Assembly: GCF_000143415.4 (NCBI RefSeq)
Contig: NW_003314312.1
Span: 67,261-131,260 of the forward strand
Reading direction: 5' to 3'
Length of the DNA stretch: 64,000 bases
Source: Selaginella moellendorffii
Lineage: Eukaryota > Plantae > Lycopodiophyta
Shown: piece after piece, positions 23,209-34,319 of the stretch
Layout of the letters: each line of letters opens with the position of its first letter
Numbering within the stretch: position 1 is the stretch's first letter
Made by a program: the position numbers and the translations under genes
Notes under the pieces: model-generated
The model's input: only the letters and a program-made list of their open reading frames with translations
The model's database searches: none
Told to the model about the DNA's origin: nothing

Positions 23209-24921
23209 ATGGAGGTTGACGCTAAGCAGCTTCATAGTGCTCTTAGCGGCCGCTACACGGACTTCAGCCGAGGCTGGCACGAAGCTGTCCCATGGCCGGA
23301 GCTCCTCGACTCGCGCCCCTCTTTCTGCTGCCTAGGCCGGCCGTCCGTGGCTCTCATTACAGGTATGCTCCGCCGGTGCTTCAATTACAAAGACTTGGTG
23401 CTCACTGGTAGCCTGGGGGGAAAGTCTCACCTTTTAGCCATGGCCGTCTGTGAGCACTACCAAAGCGGCCTCCAGGAGACCCATCGCATCGTCGCGCTCT
23501 TATTCCACGACGAGGTGCCCACCAGCCCGTCCGCCGCTCTGGAGCTTGTGATTCGGGCCCTGCTGCTAGCCTATGCGGACGACGAGGGCAGGATGCGGGT
23601 GATTCTCGATCTTCGCAGCTGGCAGCATGTGGGATCGTTTTTGATGTTTAACCGCCCGGTCCTCGTGGTTGACCGGTGGGAGGAAATAGAGCTTGGCAAT
23701 GGCGAAGTCCACCGCCGCATGGTGGAGCTGCTAAGGATGACAACCTTTCTCAAGTGCGTGAACTGTTCCAGCTCGCAGGCGCGGCACATGTTTAACGATC
23801 CAACCGAGTTCTACAACGTTTTCAGTCCCGACGAGACACTCCAGTACCTTGGGAAGTGGCTGGACATCAAGAGAATTGATGAAGAGCTGCTTCGACGGGT
23901 GATGTGCGTCACAGGTGGCCTCCCGCTCTTCGTGTGGTACTTTGTGGAATCCATCATGCAAGCCAACAACAAAGGATCCTCATCGTCATCGTCATCTGGC
24001 TCACAATTGTTGGACTGGCGAGCAGCAGTGCGTGGGTTCATGCAAAAAGAATGGGTGGCGAAGATGCGGACGACGATTGCCAGCTGCGAGGACACTAGCC
24101 GGTTCGCGCGGTTCGTGAGCTTTGGACTGCAGGCAAACACGGGGCACTGCTCCGATATCGACATCCGTTTCCTCGTTCGGGATTCCAAGTGGGTGCTTCA
24201 CCCCGTCTCGGACTACGCCAGGGACATTTACTGGACGTGCCTGCAACGAAGGAAGCTGCTGCATAAGTGTGAACCTGTGTTATGCAATGCTGTGTATGAT
24301 TCACTGAGGGACGTGCATGGGAATACAGACCGGTTCGAGTGGCTGCTCAAAAAGCTAATCATCGGGGCATTCGAAGATACGCCTATCTTTCCTCAGCGCT
24401 TGACGCGCTCGAGACAGTATCAGCCGCTGGAGCTCTTTTGCGACAAGATCGACGGCAGAGTGTCGGGGGTAAAGGCGTACGCTCCAGAAGCAGACACCAG
24501 TCTACCGTTAGTAGACTTTGTGGTGAAAAAAGGCAGCTCTCGGGAACCCGGGGAAGAAATAACACTGGGAAGGATATCGGCTGGTTCATATGCTTACGGA
24601 AGTGATGATCTTGTTCATAGGTTGCCCGGTGACAACATTTGGACGCCAGCAGCAGCAAAGGCATGCAAGTGGAAATTTGTGTGGATTCTGCTGCCATGGC
24701 AGATCCAGGGGTTTACGCCGCGGACGCACTCCTTCCTCGGGGGTGCGATGGAGGAGATTGCGGTGGGCTTGGACGACGTTGCAAAGCACTTGAGAGGGAC
24801 TTCGCATGATCCTGTGTCTAACGTAATCGACGACTATATCGCTGCGGTAAGGCGTACCTTTTCCTCCTCACTAAAAACTGAATGCCTCCTTGTTTTACAG
24901 ATGCGAAGACTGATTTTCTAG
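23209..24921 (+). CDS. Intronless 570-aa protein resembling Crinkler/CR-family effectors: STAND-like P-loop NTPase plus C-terminal restriction-endonuclease-like domain
   Basis: Long GC-rich ORF. Walker A-like LVLTGSLGGKSHLLAMA, ALLLAYADD helix, Walker B-like VLVVDRWEE, GxP motif TGGLPL, C-terminal SLPLVDFVV...LGRISAG. Family assigned by motif recognition only. Confidence 0.6.
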   Translation: MEVDAKQLHSALSGRYTDFSRGWHEAVPWPELLDSRPSFCCLGRPSVALITGMLRRCFNYKDLVLTGSLGGKSHLLAMAVCEHYQSGLQETHRIVALLFHDEVPTSPSAALELVIRALLLAYADDEGRMRVILDLRSWQHVGSFLMFNRPVLVVDRWEEIELGNGEVHRRMVELLRMTTFLKCVNCSSSQARHMFNDPTEFYNVFSPDETLQYLGKWLDIKRIDEELLRRVMCVTGGLPLFVWYFVESIMQANNKGSSSSSSSGSQLLDWRAAVRGFMQKEWVAKMRTTIASCEDTSRFARFVSFGLQANTGHCSDIDIRFLVRDSKWVLHPVSDYARDIYWTCLQRRKLLHKCEPVLCNAVYDSLRDVHGNTDRFEWLLKKLIIGAFEDTPIFPQRLTRSRQYQPLELFCDKIDGRVSGVKAYAPEADTSLPLVDFVVKKGSSREPGEEITLGRISAGSYAYGSDDLVHRLPGDNIWTPAAAKACKWKFVWILLPWQIQGFTPRTHSFLGGAMEEIAVGLDDVAKHLRGTSHDPVSNVIDDYIAAVRRTFSSSLKTECLLVLQMRRLIF

Positions 24922-25263
24922 CTTTAACAAGTATACTGCACATCATATTCAATGTAAAATTTGGCAGCATATGTTTATCATGGATTTTGCATTCTTGATA
25001 TGATAAGTAATTATTTGTGTTGTGATCGTGCTGTATAGCAAAAGTGAACATCTTGGCATTTACATTGTTAGTCCAAGAGATATCCTCCACCTTTCAAGAT
25101 CAAACCAAGAGACTATCTGGACGTAAGCATTATTTTTTTTATATGGCATTGTGAAGTTATCAAAGCTATTCCAAACAAGGACAATTCACAGTGCTGCCCT
25201 TGCAGCTCGACTTTTTCACATCTGGTCTGTCTTCGACTACGTAGTTGATCGATACCTCCTCTA

Positions 25264-27299
25264 TCACTTCTTGTCAAAATCTGGCTTTGGTACCTTGGCA
25301 TCCAAAGCTTTGTTATTTATCTGGTTGACAGTTAAATCAAGTCGAATACACAGACAGAAACTAGCAAAAAATGGATGCCTATCTACAGCAAAACCTTGAG
25401 TATCTGACCTTCGTGACACACGCTTTAAACGTGTCGCTGTTGTACTCAATCCGGATTTTCTCGACTTCCTTGCAGATTGTTCTGAAAGAGGGTCTTTTTC
25501 TAGGATCATCGTGCCAACATTCCTCAATTAAACTACACAAAAGGCATAACTTTGATCACTTCAGGATGCAATCGAAGGGAAAAGCACAAAAAACCGACTT
25601 ACTCTTTGAGGCCTTCAGGATAGTATCTTGGTTTAATCTTGAAAGGCGGTCTCTTTCCGTCCGCATAGCTCTTAGCAACTTCTTCTTCACCGAGTTTAGG
25701 AAATGGAGGAACTCCTTCCATCATCTGGAAGCTCAAAAACTTCAGCTCCTTGAACAAGTAACAAAGCATACCTCTTGGACAATCAATGCAAACGAGAAGA
25801 CGTCCACTTTGCTGTCATAGTCTTCACAACGATACAGCTCAGGTGCCATGTATCGCCCTGACATAAGTAGAAAAACTATTCACGACTTCAATGCATCTTT
25901 TAAGTTACTCGTACCAGAATCTGGAACAAATTGCCGGTCATTGAATGCATACTTTGTGAATGCGAAGTCCGTGATTTTCAAATGCCCTGCCTTGTCACGC
26001 AACAAGTTACTGATACCTTAGTTGGAGTGAGAAATATTAAGATCATGTGTCGGAAAGCAAATGGTCGAGATGAACCTGGGCTTCAAGTTGCTGTGAATGA
26101 CAGGCTCCGGTTTAAACTCATGCACATAGTTCAATCCCCTGCACGAACAGAGCGTATAAGAAAGAAAAGCTGATAACTTAGATCGACACAATGCTAAGAT
26201 CACCTCGCAATGTCCAAGGCGAATTTGAGCGCCTTCTTGGGCTTGAGGGGCTTTCCTTTCTTCTTCATGTATGATTGGAGATCTCCCTGCTTTGCGGAAA
26301 GAAAATGTTCTCAGAATATCTATCGCCAAATGAAAACGAGTATAAACCTTTGGGAGATGCTCCATCACAAGCATGACGGGAATGCTCTGTGTAACAGCAC
26401 CGAGAAACTGGACCACATTCGGGTGCCGAAGCATCAAGGCTAGAGAGAGCTCGTTGATAAACTCCTTTCTGAAAAGCGTTGGATCAAAAGCAGGATAAGC
26501 AAAGTACAGGGATCTAATACGTACAGCTTGTCATCTCCTGTTTTCGTGTCGATCGAGATGACTTTTACAAAAACTTTGGTTCCTCGCCACTTTCCAATCG
26601 TGAAGGAATCCTGCCAACCAAACGCAACGCACTTTAGTCTATAGTTAAAAAATGAGACAAAATACCTCGCTTGACACTGAGAGCTCCTCTCGATCGATTT
26701 CATACTCGGGAACACTGTAGGAATTGGAAACTCTCATCGGAGAAGTATCCTGTGAATTCCAATGCAGGTGGTGAGTGAATTCGCGAGAGAAAACGCAAAG
26801 AGCAAAAGAGCTTACTGGCAATTGCGCACCGTGGGCGAGTAGAATTTGCGACACTTCATCGCATTTATAGTGCTCAGCATCCGCCAGAGGCTGCGATAAA
26901 AGCGAACCAAAAAAAGAGTTTCATGACAAGAAAGAAACAAAGAGGAAGAAAAGGACAGTAAGATCTTACAGTGCTTCCCCATCGATCTCTCGCATTTACA
27001 TCAGCTCCCTCGGCGATGAGAAGCTCCACAGTCTCTTTCTTCCCCTCGCAAGCCGCCACATGAAGCGCGGTCCTGCTATCGAAATCCGTGCTATTCACAT
27101 CCATGCCCTTGCCGAGAAGCGCTCTCACTCCAGCCACATCGCCCAGCGAGGCGCTCCACAGCAGCTGGATCACATCGCGCGAGGCATCGTCATCCCCAGC
27201 GCCGCTCTCCATGTCGCCGCTATTGTCCGCTGTTCTTGACTCGCCGGATCCCTCCGGCGCCATGGACGACTGGCGCCCCAAATATCGGATCACTGCCAT
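25264..27299 (-). CDS. Integrin-linked-kinase-like (ankyrin repeat + Raf-like kinase) protein, multi-exon; likely pseudokinase
   Basis: LGRQSSMAPE N-terminus, ankyrin repeats (DFDSRTALHVAACEG, DRWGSTPLADA), VPEYEID, LRHPNVVQFLGAVTQ, RYMAPE, KVDVFSFALIVQEM. The last exon is uncertain. Confidence 0.9.
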
Positions 27300-27665
27300 G
27301 GCGAGCTAGCGAGCTCCTGCGCGGAAGGAATGCCCTGGACTGGATCAATCAAGCACGTTGCCGGTGATACTCACAGATCCGGGAGCCCTGGGAGGGATTC
27401 CCTGCTTGACGCGGCTCACAAAACGAAAACGCGGTCACTTGCCCCCGCTTGCCGCTTTCCACCGTCCACGCAAATCTTTCAATGAATTTTCTAAGCTAGC
27501 CCGTGCGAATATTCCTACACGTTGCGAATATTCCAGTAATATTCTTTAATTTATTTTCAAAAACCTTAAAGCGACCGAATTAATCTTTAATAATTTACTT
27601 TATCCTTTTAGAAACCTAAAAGAAATTTTAAAGTTAGTGTGAGAACCCTAATCCAGAGCATATGC

Positions 27666-29408
27666 TCATATTTGAATTTGAATTTTAGGGTATCCTCTTC
27701 GGGCTAGAAGATCAAGCATACAACCATAGTGTTGCGGCGATGGACTAATCCCATAGTCGGCCTTCATGCTCACCAAGTGTTCCCAGCCTTGCTGGAGAAG
27801 CCCCGCGTGGCTAAATGCAAACAAGAGGCACGTAAAGCTCACCTCGTCTGGAGCATGGCCTTGGAGCTGCATCGATCTGAAAAGCCCCTCGGCATCGCCA
27901 AAATGCCCGTTCTGGGCATACGCTGCGACCATCGCTGTGTAGGAGACCAAGTTCCTCTGGCTCTCCATCGCGTCGAAGATCTCCCTGGCCGCTTCCACGC
28001 TCCCGCACCGCCCAAACATTCCAATGCTCCCGTTTTGCAGATCCAAGCTCTGATGATCGAGAGTACTATGCACGGCTTTGGCAATTGCCAGAGATCCCAG
28101 GCAAGAACACGCTTCCAGCGCCGCGAGCATCGTGATCTTGTTGGGCGTCACGCCTTCCAGATCCATTTCTCTGAAAATCTCGAGCGCTGGCCTCCCTTGA
28201 CCGTTTCGCGCGAATGCCGCCAACATCGCCGTCCACAGCACGACGTCTTTCTTTGAAGAAACTATGCCATCGAATATCTCTCTGGCATCGCCGGCTCTTC
28301 CCAGCCGGCCGTACAACTGGATGAGCCCCGTGGCTACAACCACATCGGGCCCCTGTACGGCGTGGCGGAGCCGCTGGAGTAGCTCCTCCGCCGCGGCGCC
28401 GCTGCCCATCACCGCCACGAATGTCACCCTGTTGGGCTTGATCCCCTCGCAATCCATCCGGTGGAAGAGATCTATGGCCTCGCTGACGTGATCGCAGGCC
28501 GCGAGCGCCGAGTTCCACGACACGATGTCGCCCTCGCCGGCGATTCGATCGAAAACGGCCCTGGCATCGCGCGCGCTACCGCATTTGCCATAGGCGTTCA
28601 CGAGAGAATTCGCGATGGCAAGGTCGCGATCGAGCCCCAGCTCCGCGATCAGGGCGTGGATCTCGTGGGCGCGATCCAGAGCGGCCATCGCCGCGCAGGA
28701 ATCCAGCGCCGCCAGGAAAGTGATCTTGTCCGCCCTGGCGCCGGCGTGGATCATCTCCCGGAACAAGGCGATTGCCTCGCGGGGATGCCCATTGCGGGAA
28801 AATGCCGCGATCATCATGTTCCACGAAAAAACGTTCTTGAATGGGATCTGATCGAAGCAGGAGTGCGCAAGATCCACGCGGCCGATGTTTCCATACATCT
28901 GGACAAGAAGATTTCCCAAGAAACTGTCGCTACCATGGCCGCTCCGGCGGATGTGATCGTGGACGCAAGTGCCCAGGCGGAGATCTTTCCCGCACGACCG
29001 GAGAATTGGCGCGTAGATCGCTGAGTCCTTCTTGATGTCCCCGCACACCAGCCCATCCAGCTTCCCCTCCAAATCTCTCGCAAGATCACCTTCTCTTTCT
29101 TCTTCATCGTCTAGCTCTCGTTCTTGGGGATCTTGCCTCGATGAAACCTCTTCTTTGTTGATTGATTTCTTCTTCTTGGGCTTTCGGTTGGGTCGATCCC
29201 CACGAATCTCCTGGCTCTTGCGCTGCTGCTGCTGGTGCCTGTGGATCGGTCGCTTGAGCTGCTGCTGCTGGATCTGGAGCTTGTGCTGGAGCTCCTCCTC
29301 GCGGAGGATGCGATCGAAGGCCGCCTTGCGATCCGCGGGCAATGGCACCGCAGCCGGACGCCTCAAGGAAATGCCCGGATCCGCAGAGAATGTGGGTGGA
29401 TTTCCCAT
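27666..29408 (-). CDS. PLS-class pentatricopeptide repeat protein, C-terminally truncated (no E/DYW domain)
   Basis: Repeats such as KNVFSWNMMIAAFSRNGH, DVVLWTAMLAAFARNG and NLVSYTAMVAAYAQNG; the ORF stops soon after HYGCMLDLLARRG. Confidence 0.85.
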   Translation of the reverse strand: MGNPPTFSADPGISLRRPAAVPLPADRKAAFDRILREEELQHKLQIQQQQLKRPIHRHQQQQRKSQEIRGDRPNRKPKKKKSINKEEVSSRQDPQERELDDEEEREGDLARDLEGKLDGLVCGDIKKDSAIYAPILRSCGKDLRLGTCVHDHIRRSGHGSDSFLGNLLVQMYGNIGRVDLAHSCFDQIPFKNVFSWNMMIAAFSRNGHPREAIALFREMIHAGARADKITFLAALDSCAAMAALDRAHEIHALIAELGLDRDLAIANSLVNAYGKCGSARDARAVFDRIAGEGDIVSWNSALAACDHVSEAIDLFHRMDCEGIKPNRVTFVAVMGSGAAAEELLQRLRHAVQGPDVVVATGLIQLYGRLGRAGDAREIFDGIVSSKKDVVLWTAMLAAFARNGQGRPALEIFREMDLEGVTPNKITMLAALEACSCLGSLAIAKAVHSTLDHQSLDLQNGSIGMFGRCGSVEAAREIFDAMESQRNLVSYTAMVAAYAQNGHFGDAEGLFRSMQLQGHAPDEVSFTCLLFAFSHAGLLQQGWEHLVSMKADYGISPSPQHYGCMLDLLARRGYPKIQIQI

Positions 29409-29588
29409 GCCCTAGTTCTCTCGAGCATTGTAAACCCTAATTTTTGAAAACTATTCTAGCATATTCGATCTTACCCTTATCGTTCTCGCGAAGAACCCTA
29501 ATAGTTTCCCATCGATTGTCTTGAGATCGAGCCGATCGATCAATCGATCTCGAAAGAATTCAAAAAGAATCCCACCTCGATCCCGCAA

Positions 29589-31475
29589 TCAAAAGTTGTC
29601 GAATTCATCCACCGGCTGCGCTCCATCCTCGCCCGCCTTGAACAGCTCCAAGTGCTCGATCGCCTTGGGCAAGATCTCGCGCACCGCGGGGATTTGCATG
29701 AGCGAGCTCCGCGACGCCGCCTCCATCGCCTTGAGCACGTCCGGCGACTTGAGCGCCGGGTGATCGCCCGCATTGATCGTGAGGTTGCACAGCAGCACCA
29801 CCGGTTGATACGCCGACTCTGGGAAATACGTAAGCTGGACGAGATGGCTCGCGCCATTCGCCTCGAGGATACTCCTCGAGTGTTGATCCTTGAGATAGTT
29901 CTCCGCCACCGTGAACTTGAGCAGCGCCGCCGCCGCCTCCGACGCCACCGTGATCTCCCTCGCGAGCTGGTCCGTGATGGGCTTGACGATGTGCGTCTCC
30001 TTGCTTGGAAAGATCCTGGCCAGGCACCCGATGGCTCTCATCGCCGGGATCTGGACGTCGGGATCGTCGGACTGGATCACCTTGAGCAGCTGCTCGATCA
30101 CCGCTCTCACCGCCGGGGATGTCATCTTGAAGGCCGCCCGCCGGAGCTCCTGGTCGTGCTCCGCCACCGCCGCGATCTCACACACCGCCATCACCGCGTT
30201 CTTCTGGACCTCGCCTTCCTTCTCCATGAGCTTGGCGAAGCACAGCAGCGCCCGTGTGTCCGTGATGCTCTTGCAGTTCTTGATGTTGTTGGTGGCCAGC
30301 TTCCAGAGCGCTCGCAGCACCTCGGCTCTCATCTGGTAGATCACCTCCGGGTCTTCGTGCTCGCGCTCGCGCTTCTCCCGCAGCGAGGAGCCGTGGTAGT
30401 AGGACTTCCCGTTCTCGGAGCTGTGCGTCCGTGCGTGAGAATTCGGAGCTCTCGTCGTCGTCCCCAGCGACGCCACCCGGCCCGAAGGCTTGTCTTCCGA
30501 ATGCTGCTGCCCGCCACCGCCACCGCCACCTTCCTCGTGCCATGGCTTCCCGGGAGATCCCAAAGACCGGCTCTGCTGCGCCATCCTCGTCTTCACCACC
30601 GTGTGCATGCTCGTCTTGGACGTCTCATCGATGGTGTCGTTGATGAGCGCCACCAGCAGCCGGATCCCCTGCGCGTTCCCAAACGCGCTGCGAGCGTCCG
30701 TGTCGTGCGAAACAATCGCCGCTATCGCTCGAGCCGCTTGCGTCTGGACTTTCACCGGCGCCACCGAGAGGACGTGGACGAAAGCTTGGATCGCCCCGGC
30801 CTTGACGATCTCTTGGGCTCGCTGCTGGTCGCGAGCTAGCTCTCCCAGAGCTTTCGCGGCGTTCTCCTGCCCAGCCGGGGTGCCTTCCTGGAGTAGCTTC
30901 ATGAGAGGAGGCAGGCCACCCTCGTCGATGATGATCTTCCCATTTCTCTCGTTGTCCTGCGCTAGCGACGCTAGCGTGCTCGCGGCATCAGCCTTGTCTT
31001 CCGCAATTCCTGCCTGGACCCGGGCGATTTGCTGCCAGATCATAGCCAGGATGGGATCGTTGGCAGCAATCGGGGGCATTCCACCCAAGTCGTCGCGGCC
31101 GGACGAGATCGTGAGCAGCCAGTTGAGATCTTCCGTGGTGCTGAGCAGCAGGCGATTGATCTTCTGGAAATCCGTGGCGGACGTGATGGTGATGACGCGC
31201 TTGAGAACGCCGCCCTTCTTACACTTCCTTACCAGCGCCAGCGTCTTCTCCATCGTCTTCTTTGCCTCGTCCATCATCCGCCGGGTAGGATGCTCGTAGA
31301 ACGCGCCCGCGGGATTCGTGGAGAGCCGCGCGGCCTTGCGGAGCAATTTCCCGATCTTCTCCACTGTGGTGCCAATGTCGCTGCATTCCTGCTTGAACGA
31401 ATCGGCCTCCTCTGTCGCGCGCTTCACCGCCTCGGTCAGCTGGATGGGTTGCCGCAAGTAATCTCGCCCTTCCAT
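29589..31475 (-). CDS. ARO: Armadillo-repeat-only (ARO family) protein, intronless, 628 aa
   Basis: LRQPIQL...ADSFKQEC, YEHPTRR, LVRKC...LKRV.TITSA, PPIAANDPIL..IW, REREHEDP, SITDTRALLCFA and LRRAAFK.TSP match ARO1-like proteins. Confidence 0.88.
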   Translation of the reverse strand: MEGRDYLRQPIQLTEAVKRATEEADSFKQECSDIGTTVEKIGKLLRKAARLSTNPAGAFYEHPTRRMMDEAKKTMEKTLALVRKCKKGGVLKRVITITSATDFQKINRLLLSTTEDLNWLLTISSGRDDLGGMPPIAANDPILAMIWQQIARVQAGIAEDKADAASTLASLAQDNERNGKIIIDEGGLPPLMKLLQEGTPAGQENAAKALGELARDQQRAQEIVKAGAIQAFVHVLSVAPVKVQTQAARAIAAIVSHDTDARSAFGNAQGIRLLVALINDTIDETSKTSMHTVVKTRMAQQSRSLGSPGKPWHEEGGGGGGGQQHSEDKPSGRVASLGTTTRAPNSHARTHSSENGKSYYHGSSLREKREREHEDPEVIYQMRAEVLRALWKLATNNIKNCKSITDTRALLCFAKLMEKEGEVQKNAVMAVCEIAAVAEHDQELRRAAFKMTSPAVRAVIEQLLKVIQSDDPDVQIPAMRAIGCLARIFPSKETHIVKPITDQLAREITVASEAAAALLKFTVAENYLKDQHSRSILEANGASHLVQLTYFPESAYQPVVLLCNLTINAGDHPALKSPDVLKAMEAASRSSLMQIPAVREILPKAIEHLELFKAGEDGAQPVDEFDNF

Positions 31476-31840
31476 CCCTCCCGCTCGAGAGAATCCAGAT
31501 GACCTAGCACCGCATTGGATCTTTCTCGCCGTTGAGCGAGATCGCCTGGAATTCCTACAGTAGACCCTGATTCCGTCGCGTCCACGCCGCCGGGTCGACA
31601 ATCACCTGGAAAGATTGGCTCGCGCTTCGCCGATCGAAGCCGCTAAGAAATCGCTATGGCGCGCCCAGAGATCGAAAGGAAGAGACAAGGCGTCCAACGC
31701 CACACACCAATGCGCGCACAGAGGGAGGAACTAGTCATCCCTCACACTCCCTCTTGGGCGTACGGCAGGTACGGCAAACCCCATGGACATTCCGTGCCAG
31801 CTCAGCTCTCCATTCCGACCCACATGGCATAGCTCAATCG

Positions 31841-34277
31841 TCACCGTCTATTTTCATTAAATCTATCTACATAGCGTTCTACTCTTTGTTCTATCCTCCA
31901 GAGGTCGGCCTCTATGAACTGGACACACTTATGGATGACGTTGGGCTTGATCTTCGTGATCTTGGAGAAAGCGTAGAGAAGGACGAAGTAATCGCCATAT
32001 ACGTACTTGGTGGATTTCCGTAAGTGGTCCAGCAGTGGAAAAATCGCGTAAGAGTATGCCGCTGCCGATCCAATCCCGTTTGGTAAGCTGCTCGGGACGA
32101 GCTTGAAGCCGCAAGCTTGGAGCTCGTGAGAGATGGAGTCGAGGAGCTTGTTTTTGGCCTGCTGGATGCGTCGGAGCTCCCGGTTCTCCGATGTAACTTC
32201 CTCCAATTCCACCGCTGCTGCTGGAGTGACGATCTCGCCGAGTTCTTGCTCTTGGAGATCCTTGTTTCGATCGTTGTCAAGTAACTCCCTTGATGATCCC
32301 GACTTTTGTTTCTGGATGCTTGGAGCTCTCGACCACGCACCGCTTCCAAGCGTCAGCTCGTCGCTTTCGGAGATGTTACGGTGCTGTGTCGTTGTCACTT
32401 CTTCCTCTTTCTGTTGCTTGGGATCGTCATCACCAGCTTCGCTGATGGGATCCTGAACAAACACGAATTATAAAAAGGACGAAGGACAGTGGAGAATGAC
32501 ATAACTAACAGACTTACTTTCAGCGAGAGCTTCTCGAAACATTCCCAGAAATGATCGTATAGCATTTCTTCGTCAGGGGGGTTTCTCGTCCCCGCGAAAA
32601 CTTTTTCTTGGCAGTAGTTCAGATAGTCCTTGAGTTCCGCCTCTGCAAAACAAAAACACTCGCGAATGAATGACAATTCCAGAAACCAAAAGAGATCGAC
32701 GCGTACCTGGTCTTAGAGCGTCCTCCAGCAACTCTTTCTCAATGGTTTCCAGCTGATCCTGAAAATTTGCTCGGCGAGTGCTTGTCACGTCGAGGCGCTC
32801 CAAAAAGGCTGGCCAATACAAGATGCTCACCGCGTTGCCATATACGTTGTACAAGATCTTGAGCGCCACGATCAACATAGCGGTGACATAGGCAGACGTT
32901 GGAAACGCTCGCTTCCGAGCCGAGAGCCAAAGTCCATCCGGAGTATACCACTGGTATAGCCGCTCCAAAATGCCCATAACTTCATCTTTCCCAATCCCCA
33001 GTTTCTTCAGCAGACTGAGTGAGATGGCCTGGAAGTTCACCGTAGGTAGCTCGAGTTCCAGACGACTTGCGACGTGAGCGGCCAGCAGCTCGATCATGCT
33101 GGCGTTGCTCAAGAACAGTGGCCGGAACAAATTCCTTGGATCGAGCTCGGCGACGTGAATGGCTTTCAAGTCGGGCCCGGAGAAACGCTTGGGTTGCATG
33201 CTGAGAAACGCCGTCAAGTAAGGCAGCGATCCTTGCCCGGCCCAAGTCGAGATATCAGTGGCAAGAACAGGCTCGCGGATTACGTAGCACGCCAAGAACA
33301 CCATCGCCAGAGTAATCCGGAGAGGAAGCCGACGCTTGAGAGAGTCCGTCCATACCCTCGACATCTTCAATCCAGTTTGCGTGAATGGAACTTTGTCGAG
33401 TCTTTTGGCTTTCTTCTTTCTCCTGGGCTTAGCGTGCTTGCTCTTGTTGGTGCCACCACCACCATTTTTTGCCTAGAACAACTGAAAGCTTTCTTCCTTC
33501 AAACGAAAATTTTGTGAGAAAAGATCGAGAAATGCTTACCTCGATCTTCTCTGGTGCCGGAAGAGTGGAGCTTTCCTTCTTGAGCTTGAGCTTCTTGGCC
33601 TTCTCCTTGAGACTCCGGGCATCGGCCAAAAGAATAGCCTCGCTCGCCCATTCTCGTTCAAACACCCGCGTGGAAGCCACGAAGCGCAGCCAGATCGGCC
33701 CAACGATGCGGCAGATCAAAGGACTCACCCCGAAATTCTCCACAAGAGACTCGCACTGGAGCTGGATGATCGTCTGCAAGCCCTGGACGTAGTACTCGCG
33801 GATGTGCGCGGCGAGGCGATCGGGCAGCTCCGAAACATCATACATCTGCTGCGATCCCGACCAGATGTGGACCTTGTCCGCCGTGACGAATTGCGAGGCG
33901 AGAGAATCCCTCATCCTCTCCAGCGCCGCCTCCTCCTCGCCATGCCTCTGCGACATCGCGCGCAGCAATGCCTCCTCCCTCGCCCTGGCCGCGGCCGGAT
34001 CGTCGATATTTCGATCCAAATCCCCCGTGGCTCCTCGCAGCATCTCGTTGAGCTTGCGGAGCTGCTCCTCCTGTTCTTGGCGCTCCACATTGTGATGCCG
34101 TGCATAGGCGAATGTTCGCCTTCCAGTGGCGTCCTGCCCTAGCGTCCCATCGAAATCCCCCAAATCCTCCTCCATGAAATTCTGGGATTGCGTGCCACAG
34201 GCAGTACAGTAGTGGAATCCATCGCCTCCCTTCTGGAGTCCCACGTTGCCGCACGTCTCGCACACGGCCGAATCCAT
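31841..34277 (-). CDS. TAF1B: RNA polymerase I TBP-associated factor B (TAF1B/RRN7-like), about 4 exons
   Basis: N-terminal zinc ribbon CETCG...DGFHYCTACGTQ; YVQGLQ.IIQLQCE.LVE.F; CYVIREPVLATDI..WA..G.LPY; LIVALKILYN; LKDYLNYC. Confidence 0.85.
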
Positions 34278-34319
34278 AAACCCTAAATTTCAATTTTAGG
34301 GTTCTTCATTCTTTTAGGG
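34278..34319. promoter_or_regulatory. 42-bp divergent intergenic region containing inverted telo-box-like elements
   Basis: AACCCTAAA (34279-34287) and TTTAGGGTT (34295-34303) between the TAF1B ATG and the F-box ATG. Confidence 0.65.

Noticed and set aside
29652-31299. 395-aa and 269-aa plus-strand ORFs
   Set aside because: Antisense shadows of the GC-rich ARO gene.
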